Positions 14,500-23,073 of a stretch of 27,306 bases of DNA are shown here, one piece after another. Source of the DNA: Candidatus Dadabacteria bacterium (GTDB lineage Bacteria > Desulfobacterota_D > UBA1144 > Nemesobacterales > CSP1-2); NCBI GenBank assembly GCA_040289575.1, contig PSLL01000007.1:1-27306 (forward strand), given 5' to 3'. Numbering within the stretch: the stretch's first letter is position 1; each line of letters begins with the position of its first letter. The translations under genes and the position numbers were made by a program. Under the pieces are notes generated by a model. The model made no database searches and had not been told where the DNA came from. It saw nothing but the letters and a program-made list of their open reading frames with translations.

Positions 14500-14520
14500 C
14501 CACGAATTATCACGAATAAA
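14496..14520 (+). repeat. Dispersed CACGAAT-doublet repeat, copy 1
   Basis: TTAGCCACGAATtatCACGAATAAA; a near-identical copy lies on the minus strand at 23039-23064. Confidence 0.65.
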
Positions 14521-14533
14521 ATGATGCACGATG

Positions 14534-14582
14534 TATTTTGTATTCTGCATCTTGTATCCTGAATCTTGCATCCTATATCCTG
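14534..14582 (+). repeat. Degenerate heptamer tandem repeat, 7 units, approximate consensus HATYYTG
   Basis: tattttg tattctg catcttg tatcctg aatcttg catccta tatcctg. Confidence 0.8.
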
Positions 14583-14592
14583 ATTTGTTTTT

Positions 14593-15285
14593 ATGAAATT
14601 AGAACTCGAAGAAGATGAAACCCTGGACGGCCCATACGGGCTTAAAATCATACAGAAAAAACACGGATATAGGTATTCTCAGGACTCCCTTCAGCTTGCG
14701 GATTTCGCCGGCGTAAAGAGGAACGATAAGGTGATTGACCTTGGAACAGGCTCAGGTGTTATGGCTCTTATCCTGGCACAAAGGAGGCTTGGAAAGAGAA
14801 TCGTCGGGGTTGAGATTCAAAAAGAGCTTGCAGAACTCTCAAGAAGAAGCGTGAGTCTCAACGGCTTTGAGGAGAAAATCGAGATTGTCGAGGGCGACAT
14901 AAGAAAGATTAAGTCCCTTTTTCCTCCAAACTCCTTTGATTACGTTATAACCAACCCCCCATATATAGAAACCGGGTCGGGACTCATAAGCCCCGCATCC
15001 CAAAAGGCGCTGTCAAGGCATGAGATTCTATGCAATATGAACGATATTTTGGAAGCGATAAGGTATCTACTCAAGCCTCTAAAACGGGGCGCCTGTATAT
15101 ATCCGGCTATGAGATTTGGAGAACTCATCATAAAATCCAAGAAAAAACGGCTTGAGCCAAAGAGGGCGCGGTTTGTATATCCAAACCCACATGAAAAATC
15201 AGAACTCGTTATGGTTGAGTTTATAAAAGAGGGAAAGCCAGGACTTGAGATCCTCCCGCCATTATTTTCTACCACCTCGGTCTGA
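14593..15285 (+). CDS. tRNA1(Val) (adenine(37)-N6)-methyltransferase family (YfiC/YabB-like)
   Basis: IIQKKHGYRYSQDS, DLGTGSG SAM motif, NPPY and ALSRHEI. Confidence 0.88.
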   Translation: MKLELEEDETLDGPYGLKIIQKKHGYRYSQDSLQLADFAGVKRNDKVIDLGTGSGVMALILAQRRLGKRIVGVEIQKELAELSRRSVSLNGFEEKIEIVEGDIRKIKSLFPPNSFDYVITNPPYIETGSGLISPASQKALSRHEILCNMNDILEAIRYLLKPLKRGACIYPAMRFGELIIKSKKKRLEPKRARFVYPNPHEKSELVMVEFIKEGKPGLEILPPLFSTTSV

Positions 15286-16636
15286 CCAATCTGATTTTTA
15301 CAGCCTCTTTCCCCCTCAATTTAAACCTCTCGTCTATCCTCATACCCCCAATCCACATGATCTCGCCCCTGCTAAGGAATATCGGGATTCGATTTCTGAG
15401 GAACCGGGGGATTTTTTCGTCAATAAAAAACCGCTTCAGCTTCTTGGGCGTTTTCATACCAAGTGGGATAAACCTATCTCCTGGAGAGAAGTTCCTCACA
15501 ATAATCGGAAACTCAGCTGAATCTGCATCAAACACCCCGATGAATCTATCACTACTCAAAGATCCCGCCTCAACGACTTCAATCTCACACTCAAATTCGG
15601 GGAAATTCCACTTACCGGAAGACGGAATCCTGTATGAGAATCCATGCCCTAGTTCTAATCTCTTAGTAATCAAAAAAAGGTCATAACCCTTTGCCACTAC
15701 GATTCCATCGGGAAGAGAAATCTCACCTGAGGGTATCTCAGAAAGGAGAATCTCATCTACAGAATCTATATGGACGAATGAGACCCTTCTTAGATTCCCC
15801 TTTATTTTCTCTATCGCCATCCTCAAGAACTCAGGCCTCAGTGCCTCAGGGATAAGTCTATAATGAGATACACTGCCAACCAGTTCGCCTTCTGTAGATC
15901 CAAACACATACTCAAACCAATTCCTTGCCCTACTCCTTATAAAACCCTCTTGAGCCCTGAGTATATCCGCCGTTCTAGAGAGCGCCTCTTTAATCCTTGG
16001 GTTGTATTCTTGAAGCCTTGGAATAAGCTCATGCCTTATTCTATTCCTAAGGAAATCCGTCGCCGTGTTTGTCGAGTCTTCAATCCACTTAACCCCTTTT
16101 GCCCTTAAGTATTCCTCAATCTCGTACCTTGTTGTTTCAATCAACGGCCTTATTATATATCCATCGGATACAGGAGGAATCCCTGAGAGCCCTGCTGTAC
16201 CACTTCCCCTTATGATCCTCATAAGAACGGTCTCGGCCTGGTCATCAAGGGTGTGTGCGGTTGCAATCTTCTGTGCCCCATACTTAGATAGAACCTCTTT
16301 AAAGAACCCGTATCTGAGGATTCTTGCGGCCTCCTCAAGTGAGAGATTCGAACCTCTTTTAAACTCAGGTGCATTTGCCTCTCTGATTTCAAATGGAAGA
16401 CTAAGCTGTCTTGCAACCTCTTCTACAAATCTGGCATCCCTCTTTCCCTCCTCAGGCCTTATTCCGTGATTCAGGTGTGAAACAATGAGTTTCAGATTAT
16501 ATTCCCCAATCTCGGCGAGTATGTAGAGCAGTCCTAGAGAGTCCGCTCCCCCTGAAACCCCTACAACAACCGTCTCACAAGGGGAGAGCATATTAAACCG
16601 CTTTATCGTCCTTCTCGCCGACTCTAGCGCCTTCAC
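15269..16636 (-). CDS. tilS: tRNA(Ile)-lysidine synthetase; start uncertain (GTG 16636 or ATG 16702)
   Basis: VGVSGGADS PP-loop, HLNHGIR, EEAARILRY, TAHTLDDQAET, IRPL, DSTN and RNRIRH, plus C-terminal TilS domain. Confidence 0.95.
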   Translation of the reverse strand: MKALESARRTIKRFNMLSPCETVVVGVSGGADSLGLLYILAEIGEYNLKLIVSHLNHGIRPEEGKRDARFVEEVARQLSLPFEIREANAPEFKRGSNLSLEEAARILRYGFFKEVLSKYGAQKIATAHTLDDQAETVLMRIIRGSGTAGLSGIPPVSDGYIIRPLIETTRYEIEEYLRAKGVKWIEDSTNTATDFLRNRIRHELIPRLQEYNPRIKEALSRTADILRAQEGFIRSRARNWFEYVFGSTEGELVGSVSHYRLIPEALRPEFLRMAIEKIKGNLRRVSFVHIDSVDEILLSEIPSGEISLPDGIVVAKGYDLFLITKRLELGHGFSYRIPSSGKWNFPEFECEIEVVEAGSLSSDRFIGVFDADSAEFPIIVRNFSPGDRFIPLGMKTPKKLKRFFIDEKIPRFLRNRIPIFLSRGEIMWIGGMRIDERFKLRGKEAVKIRLVRPRW

Positions 16637-16708
16637 TTTGATTAATGATTTCGATAAATAGGAGAAATCAGACGCCCTTTCCCGTAAGCCAATGGCGCCC
16701 ATCTCCTC

Positions 16709-17341
16709 CTATTCGTCTGAGATGTTAGATGCAAGCCCTCCAGAGATTATTATCCTAAATGCGTCTTCAACGCTTATTGGAAGCTCTTTGACCTCGTCTT
16801 CTGGAATCATAATATAATATCCGCCGGTCGGGTTAAAAGCCGTAGGAAGAAATACGCCTAAAAGCCGTTTCCCCGACTCTGTGCGCTGTAGAACCCCTGT
16901 TACAAACCCTATTGAATATATCCCCTTCCTCGGATACTCAAACATCACGACACGGCTTATACCCTTAAATCCGGTGCCGAGGAAAAGAGTCTCAATTATC
17001 TGTTTAGTCGCCGTATAAATGGTCCTTGCCAGAGGAATCCTTGAGATCAGCCCTTCGCCAAAGCCGAGGAGCTTTCGACCAATATAATTCCTCGCAACCG
17101 CCCCCGCGATAAGAACAATCAGTATTGTTCCCGCAATGCCTATTGCAAAGGTTGCAAATTGAAATAGTGGAGGCGGAATCTCTGAAAGCAGTTTTATCAG
17201 GAACTTAGCAGGAGCAGCGCTTACAAGTCCGACAATCCATTTGGCGAGTTTAAAGAGTATAAATATTGTAAGTCCAAAGGGAATAGTAACGAGAAGCCCT
17301 GCAAGGAAATTCCGCCTAAGAGAGCTGGTGATGCGTTTCAT
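16709..17341 (-). CDS. DUF502 membrane protein
   Basis: FLAGLLVTIP, RIPLARTIY, EYPRKG, VFLPTAFNPTGG and VEDAFRIIISGG. Confidence 0.88.
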   Translation of the reverse strand: MKRITSSLRRNFLAGLLVTIPFGLTIFILFKLAKWIVGLVSAAPAKFLIKLLSEIPPPLFQFATFAIGIAGTILIVLIAGAVARNYIGRKLLGFGEGLISRIPLARTIYTATKQIIETLFLGTGFKGISRVVMFEYPRKGIYSIGFVTGVLQRTESGKRLLGVFLPTAFNPTGGYYIMIPEDEVKELPISVEDAFRIIISGGLASNISDE

Positions 17342-17628
17342 TCATTAGATGACTTTTTATTTAGGATATTGCGGAGAAACTTACTAGGCTTAAACACAAT
17401 GGCTTTTCTCTCAACGATTTCTATAGTTTCCCCAGTAGCCGGGTTTCTTCCCTTTCTCGACTTTCTATTCTGGACCCGAAAGCTCCCGAAGTTGGGAATC
17501 TTAATCCCCTCTCCGCTAGTGAGTTTTTCTTTCACCGTCTCGAAGAAAAACTCAACAATCTCAGCCGCCTCCCTCTTTGAAAGCCCGATTCTTGTATGGA
17601 TTACATCGGCAAGCTCTTTTTTCGTCAT
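17338..17628 (-). CDS. ihfA: Integration host factor alpha (HU/IHF family)
   Basis: MTKKELA...NFGSF...RKGRNPATGE...FKPS; directly downstream of pheT, the usual ihfA position. Confidence 0.82.
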   Translation of the reverse strand: MTKKELADVIHTRIGLSKREAAEIVEFFFETVKEKLTSGEGIKIPNFGSFRVQNRKSRKGRNPATGETIEIVERKAIVFKPSKFLRNILNKKSSNE

Positions 17629-17645
17629 CCCTTTTTCCTCTCTTT

Positions 17646-20054
17646 TTATATTTTGCGCAACTCCGCCCCAAGAGCCGATTCGAGTCTCTTTATTACCTTT
17701 GTCTGAGCCTCATTTGCCTCCTCATCCGTGAGAGTCTTATCCGATGCCCTAAGAATCATGGACACGGCTACGCTCTTTTTCCCCTCACCTACAGGCTTGC
17801 CCTTAAATACATCAAATACATTTACACCCTCAATTAAAGAGGATTCGACCTTCTTTATCTCGTCTAAGATCTTCCCAACAGACACCTTCTCATCAACAAC
17901 TAGGGCGATGTCCCTCCTCACTGAAGGAAATTTGGGAAGCGGATGGAACCTCTTCTCTGCACCCCTCTGGAGGACGAAGAGCCTATCGAGGTCAATCTCA
18001 AATATGTAAATCCCCTTTGAAATTCCCAGTCTTTCCTGAAATTCAGGATGCAGTTCCCCCAAAAACCCCACCTCCTCGCCTCCAAAAAGGGCCTTTGCAG
18101 ATTTGCCCGGATGGAGAAACCTGATTTGAGACGCCTCCTCAAACCCCATGCCCTCCGAGATGGAGAAGACCTCAAACACCCTTTCTAAAATACCCTTGAG
18201 GTCAAAGAAATCAAATTCCCCCTTATCCCATATCTCTGCCTGACGTCTACCCATTACCGCTCCGGCGATTTTTCTAATCTCCTCAGGAAGCCCATCCTCG
18301 TAGGGAATAAAGACCCTGCCTATTTCAAATATCCTTATGTCTTGAACCCGATGGTTTAGATTAAAAATAACGTTCCTCAAAATCCCCGCGGTGAGATTGG
18401 TTCTCATAACGGAGCCTTCTTTATTAAGCGGATTGAGGATCCTCAGGGGCCTAATCTTACTAAATAGGCTGAGATACTCTGGATCTTCAAAACTGTAGTT
18501 AATCACCTCAAGGAATCCAAGAGAGGTGAGGGTGTTCTTTAACCTATCTTCAAGTGTCTTTTCTATTTTTACCCCTTCTGTCTTCATACAGACGGCGGGA
18601 AGCGTTGCTGCAATGGAGTTGTATCCATAGTGTCTTGCTATCTCCTCTATTAGATCGATCTCCCTTGTAATGTCTACCCTAAATGTCGGAACCCTAAATG
18701 AAATCTCGCCGTCTTTAGTGTTAAGAGCCTTAATCTCAAGTCCCTCGAGTATATGTCTTATCCTATCAGATTCAATCTCAGTACCGAGAACTGAATTTAC
18801 GCGCCTTGTTGAAACGCTCAGCTCCTTCGGTTTAATCGGGTTCGGATATATGTCTATTCTTCCTTTAGCCACATTTCCTCCCGAAAGCCCTCTTATAAGC
18901 TCGGAGGCCCTATCGAGCGCCTTTACAACCCCATTAGGATCAACCCCCCTTTCAAATCTGTAAGACGACTCAGACCTCAGATTTGTCCTCTTGGATGTTC
19001 TCCTCACCCTTATAGGGTTAAAATACGCGCTCTCAAGGAGAATATTTCTCGTCCCTTCTGAGACCTCGGTGTTTGCCGCACCCATCACCCCTGCAATCGC
19101 AATGGGTTTTTGAGAGTCACATATGAGTAAATCCCCACGGCTCAGATTTCTCTTTACTCCGTCAAGTGTTTCTATGGACTCCCCATCTTTTGCAGACCTT
19201 ACGACTATCTTCCTCTCCTCAATTAAATCATAATCAAACGCATGAAGCGGCTGTCCCAATTCAAGGAGGACAAAATTTGTGGCATCCACTACGTTGTTTA
19301 TTGACCTTATGCCTGATGTCTCAAGTCGGGTCTTTAGCCATTTAGGTGAGAGGGCAATTGTTACATCGGTAATCACACGGCACGAATACCTAGGGCATCC
19401 CTCTGAATCGATTAACTCAACTGAAGCAAGGCTTCTAATATCATCCCCTTCCTCGGATACTGTGTAATCGGGATGATTAAGCCTCTTCCCTAAAATAGCC
19501 GCAACCTCCCTTGATATTCCAAGAACACTCAAACAGTCCGGGCGGTTTGGCGTAACGCCTACATCAATAACAACATCATTTAACCCCATCTCGTCAATCA
19601 ATCTCGCCCCAACCCTTGCCGACTCAGGAAGAATTAGGATTCCCTCCCCTTCATTGCCAAGCCCCAATTCATTCTCCGCGCAGAGCATACCCTCTGATGT
19701 CTCTCCACGAATCCTTGCAGACTGAATCAATACCCCTTCAGGAAACTTGGCACTGGGAGGAAGCCTCGTCCCTACTCTTGCAAGGGCGACATTATCCCCA
19801 GATTTCATGTTCTTTGCCCCGCAGACTATGTTGTATCTCCTCCGGCCGTCTGTAACTTCACAGAGAACGAGCCTTGATGCATTCGGATGAGGTCTTATAT
19901 CGAGAATCTGGGCTACAACTATATCCTCTAATCCTCTTCCCAAATACTCAATGGATTCTACCTCAAGCCCCACCATAGTGAGCCTCTCCGCAATCTCCTC
20001 GGGTGGGTTATTAAACTCCACATATTCTTTAAGCCAGCTTAGTGTAAATCTCAT
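17646..20054 (-). CDS. pheT: Phenylalanine--tRNA ligase beta subunit
   Basis: 802 aa; HPNA, VCGAKN, TPNRPDCLS, GQPLHAFD, RFERGVD, DLIEEIAR and C-terminal anticodon-binding domain. Confidence 0.98.
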   Translation of the reverse strand: MRFTLSWLKEYVEFNNPPEEIAERLTMVGLEVESIEYLGRGLEDIVVAQILDIRPHPNASRLVLCEVTDGRRRYNIVCGAKNMKSGDNVALARVGTRLPPSAKFPEGVLIQSARIRGETSEGMLCAENELGLGNEGEGILILPESARVGARLIDEMGLNDVVIDVGVTPNRPDCLSVLGISREVAAILGKRLNHPDYTVSEEGDDIRSLASVELIDSEGCPRYSCRVITDVTIALSPKWLKTRLETSGIRSINNVVDATNFVLLELGQPLHAFDYDLIEERKIVVRSAKDGESIETLDGVKRNLSRGDLLICDSQKPIAIAGVMGAANTEVSEGTRNILLESAYFNPIRVRRTSKRTNLRSESSYRFERGVDPNGVVKALDRASELIRGLSGGNVAKGRIDIYPNPIKPKELSVSTRRVNSVLGTEIESDRIRHILEGLEIKALNTKDGEISFRVPTFRVDITREIDLIEEIARHYGYNSIAATLPAVCMKTEGVKIEKTLEDRLKNTLTSLGFLEVINYSFEDPEYLSLFSKIRPLRILNPLNKEGSVMRTNLTAGILRNVIFNLNHRVQDIRIFEIGRVFIPYEDGLPEEIRKIAGAVMGRRQAEIWDKGEFDFFDLKGILERVFEVFSISEGMGFEEASQIRFLHPGKSAKALFGGEEVGFLGELHPEFQERLGISKGIYIFEIDLDRLFVLQRGAEKRFHPLPKFPSVRRDIALVVDEKVSVGKILDEIKKVESSLIEGVNVFDVFKGKPVGEGKKSVAVSMILRASDKTLTDEEANEAQTKVIKRLESALGAELRKI

Positions 20055-20180
20055 ATTAGAGAATCAAAGTTACATATTATAAAGTGATATGTCAATATTT
20101 TGTGTAAGTTAAGCGGGTTATACATACTCCTTCTACCGCCCGTCATTCTAATTCACTAGAGCTTGAAAGGTAGGAAAAAG

Positions 20181-20202
20181 TGATATAATGTATGTATACA
20201 TA
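20181..20202 (+). promoter_or_regulatory. Extended -10 promoter and palindromic operator of the toxin-antitoxin operon
   Basis: TGATATAAT at 20181-20189 followed by the perfect palindrome TATGTATACATA at 20191-20202. Confidence 0.6.
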
Positions 20203-20217
20203 ATAACGAGGTATAAG

Positions 20218-20451
20218 ATGAAAAGAACGCAAATATATATAGACGAGAACACTTATAAGCTTTTAAAGAAAGAGAGCAAAATTACAGGCAAGACTATATC
20301 TGAACTTATACGGGAGAGCATAAAAGGTAAAATGAATCAAAGAGTTAATGAGATTCTAAAAAGAACAGAGGACGTTTATGGTATATGGAAAGATAGGAAA
20401 TTTGACACTCAAGAATACATAAGAGACCTCCGAAGAGATAGGAACTTATGA
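20218..20451 (+). CDS. Ribbon-helix-helix (CopG-like) antitoxin, VapB-type
   Basis: MKRTQIYID...L...S...G..ISELIRESI...GIWKDR; GAGG RBS before ATG 20218; ATGA overlap with the toxin gene. Confidence 0.85.
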   Translation: MKRTQIYIDENTYKLLKKESKITGKTISELIRESIKGKMNQRVNEILKRTEDVYGIWKDRKFDTQEYIRDLRRDRNL

Positions 20452-20826
20452 CAGTAGTTGACACAGATATTCTAATATGGATTTTAAAAGGAAATGAAAC
20501 TATAAAAAGACGATTTACAGAGTTAGTTCTTGAAACAAAAGGCCATGTCTTTATAACGTCTGTCCAGATAGCTGAAATTTATGCTGGAGTAAGAGAGAAA
20601 GAGAAGATGAAGACAGAAAACTTTCTCCAATCCTTCAATATAATTGAGATTGATAAACAGGTTGGAAGGCTTGCTGGTGAGTTCATTAACAAGTATGGAA
20701 AATCCCATAATGTAACAATAGCAGATGCGCTAATCGGAGCCGCAGCGAAAGTAAACAATTTTAAGCTCTGGACTTTGAACAAAAAAACACTATCCAATGT
20801 TCGAGGACAATGAGTTCTTGGATTAG
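20448..20826 (+). CDS. vapC: PIN-domain toxin (VapC) with a +1 frameshift in the A7 run at 20781-20787
   Basis: VVDTDILI, AEIYAG and IADALIGAAA. With A6 the C-terminus is the typical TLNKKHYPMFEDNEFLD (stop 20824-20826); as written it ends at 20813. Confidence 0.87.
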
Positions 20827-20838
20827 GAAATACATAAG

Positions 20839-21570
20839 GTGATAGTCAGATTAAACAGATACCTCTCTATGTGCGGCATCTCTTCAAGGAGAAATGCGGA
20901 TCAGCTTTTGAAAGAAGGGAAGGTTAGAGTCAACGGTCTTGTCGTAAAAGAACTCGGATATAGAGTTGATACGGAAAGGGATACAATTGATGTAGGCGGC
21001 GAAATTATAAGACCTGAGAGAAAGAGATACATAGTCCTCAATAAACCCCCTCTTTACCTCACGACCCTTAGACAAGAAGGCAAAAAGACGATTCGGGAAT
21101 TGATAAAGGACATACCGGAGAGGGTCTATCCGGTTGGGAGGCTCGATTATGATACAGAGGGGCTTTTAATCCTTACAAATGACGGAGAGATTGCAAATAC
21201 CATAATCCATCCGAGATACAAGATGCCCAAGGTTTATGTGGCCCTTGTGAAGGGAAGAGTGGAGCGAAAAACGCTTGAGAGGATGAAGGCGGGAACACGC
21301 CTTGAGGATGGGTTTGCAAAGCCCGACCACATAAAGATAATTAGATACGAGGCACAAAACACGCTTGTCGAGATAACATTCCACGAGGGCAGAAACCGTC
21401 TGGTCAAGAGATTTCTACTGAAATTTGAGCACGCCGTATTGAAACTGAAGAGGATCGCAGTAGGCCCAATCAAACTCGGAGGGCTTCAAAGGGGGATATG
21501 GAGAGATATGACGGATGAAGAATTGAAAATCTTAGGTAGGGGCACGTTGCAACGTGGCGCTATTTTTTAG
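20839..21570 (+). CDS. rluB: rRNA pseudouridine synthase, RsuA/RluB family
   Basis: S4 domain (RLNRYLS..G..SRR), LNKP, PVGRLDYDTEGLLILTNDG and EGRNR. Confidence 0.88.
   Translation: MIVRLNRYLSMCGISSRRNADQLLKEGKVRVNGLVVKELGYRVDTERDTIDVGGEIIRPERKRYIVLNKPPLYLTTLRQEGKKTIRELIKDIPERVYPVGRLDYDTEGLLILTNDGEIANTIIHPRYKMPKVYVALVKGRVERKTLERMKAGTRLEDGFAKPDHIKIIRYEAQNTLVEITFHEGRNRLVKRFLLKFEHAVLKLKRIAVGPIKLGGLQRGIWRDMTDEELKILGRGTLQRGAIF
21536..21563 (+). repeat. Degenerate GTAG-type REP palindrome inside the rluB 3' end
   Basis: GTAGGGGCACGTTGCAACGTGGCGCTAT, with perfect core CACGTTGCAACGTG. Confidence 0.65.
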
Positions 21571-21646
21571 ATTTATATTTTCGAGTTCTTATGTTAGGAT
21601 TTTTGAGTCTAGAAAGGCCCGGGCTTACTCCTTTAAATCTAAAAAA
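21563..21646. repeat. 84-bp segment bounded by 13-bp perfect inverted repeats
   Basis: TTTTTTAGATTTA (21563-21575) and TAAATCTAAAAAA (21634-21646). Confidence 0.6.
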
Positions 21647-21666
21647 CCACAAGGAGGATCAAAGCA

Positions 21667-22363
21667 ATGACAAAGAATCATGTTCCACCAGCCCCTCAGC
21701 TGGTAACAGATGCATGGATGCTTATGATGGGTTTTAAATCAGACCCAGGTGCTATAAGAGCACTTCTTCCACAGAGGCTTGAACCCCATCCAAATAATAT
21801 GGTCGTTATTAACCTATATACAGTCCCAGATCCATCCCAAACCTCTGGATTTGGTGCCTACACACTTACATATATAACCGTTCAAATAAAGGACCATGAC
21901 TCATATATAATGGGCTCGGATGCAGGCGAGCCGGGCAGGTTCTGGGTTGGATATTTTAATAGTTCTGAGGTCGTAAGGGAGTTTACCAGGAGCGTGGGAA
22001 TCCCTGCCGAACCGGGGGTTACAACACTCACAAAGAGAAAAGGAAAACTTAAAGCAGTTCTCGAAGTGGGAGGACAGGTGTTTGTTGAAGCAACCCGCCG
22101 ATGTAGACAGTAAGCTTCAAGCCGCGGTGGGAGGGCATCTTAACTATTTTACACACGGGAGATTGAAAGGGGATACCTCAGAAGCGACTCATATCATAAA
22201 ATTTCCAATCCCCTTTGTCTCAAGACCTGTGAGAACTGAAAATGCAACCATCACATTTAAGATGCCTGAGAACCACCCTCTTTATTTAATAAGACCCATT
22301 AGTATAGAGTGGGCAAGTTATGTGAAAGGGAGTTTTGTATATCCACAACACCAGATAATATAA
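21667..22363 (+). pseudogene. Acetoacetate decarboxylase-like protein, +1 frameshift at CCC 22094-22096; ~231 aa if repaired
   Basis: Strong AAGGAGG RBS; DPGAIRALLP..LEP and G.Y motifs. Removing one C joins ...VFVEAT to ADVDSKLQ... The family call is by motif resemblance only. Confidence 0.62.
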
Positions 22364-22366
22364 GGT

Positions 22367-22990
22367 ATGTTTATTACATTTGAAGGCGTAGAGGGAAGCG
22401 GAAAGAGCACTCAGGCTGAGCTTCTTAAGAGGTTTCTCGTGAAGCAGGGGCATGAAGTAGCCCTTACGCGCGAGCCCGGATGGGGCGCGCTTGGAAGGCT
22501 TATACGCAAGATGCTCCTTGAGGAAAAAGACCTGGATTTAGACCCACTGGCAGAGCTTTATCTATTCTGCGCCGACAGGACCCAGCACGTAAGGGACTTC
22601 ATAAAGCCCATGCTCAAAGAGGGTCATGTCGTAATATGCGACAGGTTTACGGACTCAACCATAGCGTATCAGGGGTATGGAAGGAGGCTCGACCTAGACC
22701 TTGTTGAAAGGGTCTCAAAGACAGCGGCGCTCAGCCTGAAACCCGATACTACGATACTGCTTAATCTCCCTGTAAAGCTCGCGCTCTCAAGGCTCGAAAA
22801 GAGGAGTGGAAGGACGAAGATGGACGAAGAACCCGTAGAATTCCATGAGCGTGTAAGGCAGGGATACATCTTTATCGCACAAAAAGAACCGAAAAGGGTA
22901 AGGGTGGTAAACGCCACAAGGGACGTTGATGAGATACATGAAGAGATAAGGGCTATAGTGCTTGAGCGCTTGTCTAAAAAGGGGCATTAG
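22367..22990 (+). CDS. tmk: Thymidylate kinase
   Basis: FITFEGVEGSGKSTQ, TREPG, DRTQH and CDRFTDSTIAYQG. Confidence 0.97.
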   Translation: MFITFEGVEGSGKSTQAELLKRFLVKQGHEVALTREPGWGALGRLIRKMLLEEKDLDLDPLAELYLFCADRTQHVRDFIKPMLKEGHVVICDRFTDSTIAYQGYGRRLDLDLVERVSKTAALSLKPDTTILLNLPVKLALSRLEKRSGRTKMDEEPVEFHERVRQGYIFIAQKEPKRVRVVNATRDVDEIHEEIRAIVLERLSKKGH

Positions 22991-22996
22991 CCAATA

Positions 22997-23025
22997 GTAG
23001 GAGCAACCCTGCGGGTTGCTCCTAC
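22997..23025. repeat. GTAG-type REP palindrome with perfect 13-bp stem
   Basis: GTAGGAGCAACCC-TGC-GGGTTGCTCCTAC, with outer GCCAAT/ATTGGC arms. Confidence 0.8.
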
Positions 23026-23038
23026 CAATAAATTGGCT

Positions 23039-23064
23039 TTTATCTCGTGTAGATTCGTGGCTAA
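23039..23064 (-). repeat. Dispersed CACGAAT-doublet repeat, copy 2
   Basis: Reverse complement reads TTAGCCACGAATctaCACGAGATAAA. Confidence 0.65.
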
Positions 23065-23073
23065 ATAATCACG

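Noticed and set aside
14496..14582. CRISPR array
   Set aside because: Short units with no unique spacers, and no cas genes.
16658..16711. Fluoride riboswitch resemblance (GGAGATGG...CTGAT...CTCCTA)
   Set aside because: The P1 partner and pseudoknot are missing, and no fluoride-related gene is adjacent.
20071..20096. TTGACA and TATAAT upstream of pheT on the minus strand
   Set aside because: Only 8 nt apart, so they cannot form one sigma70 promoter.
20188..20217. Antitoxin start at 20188
   Set aside because: Overlaps the -10 element and operator; ATG 20218 has the RBS and the RHH N-terminus.
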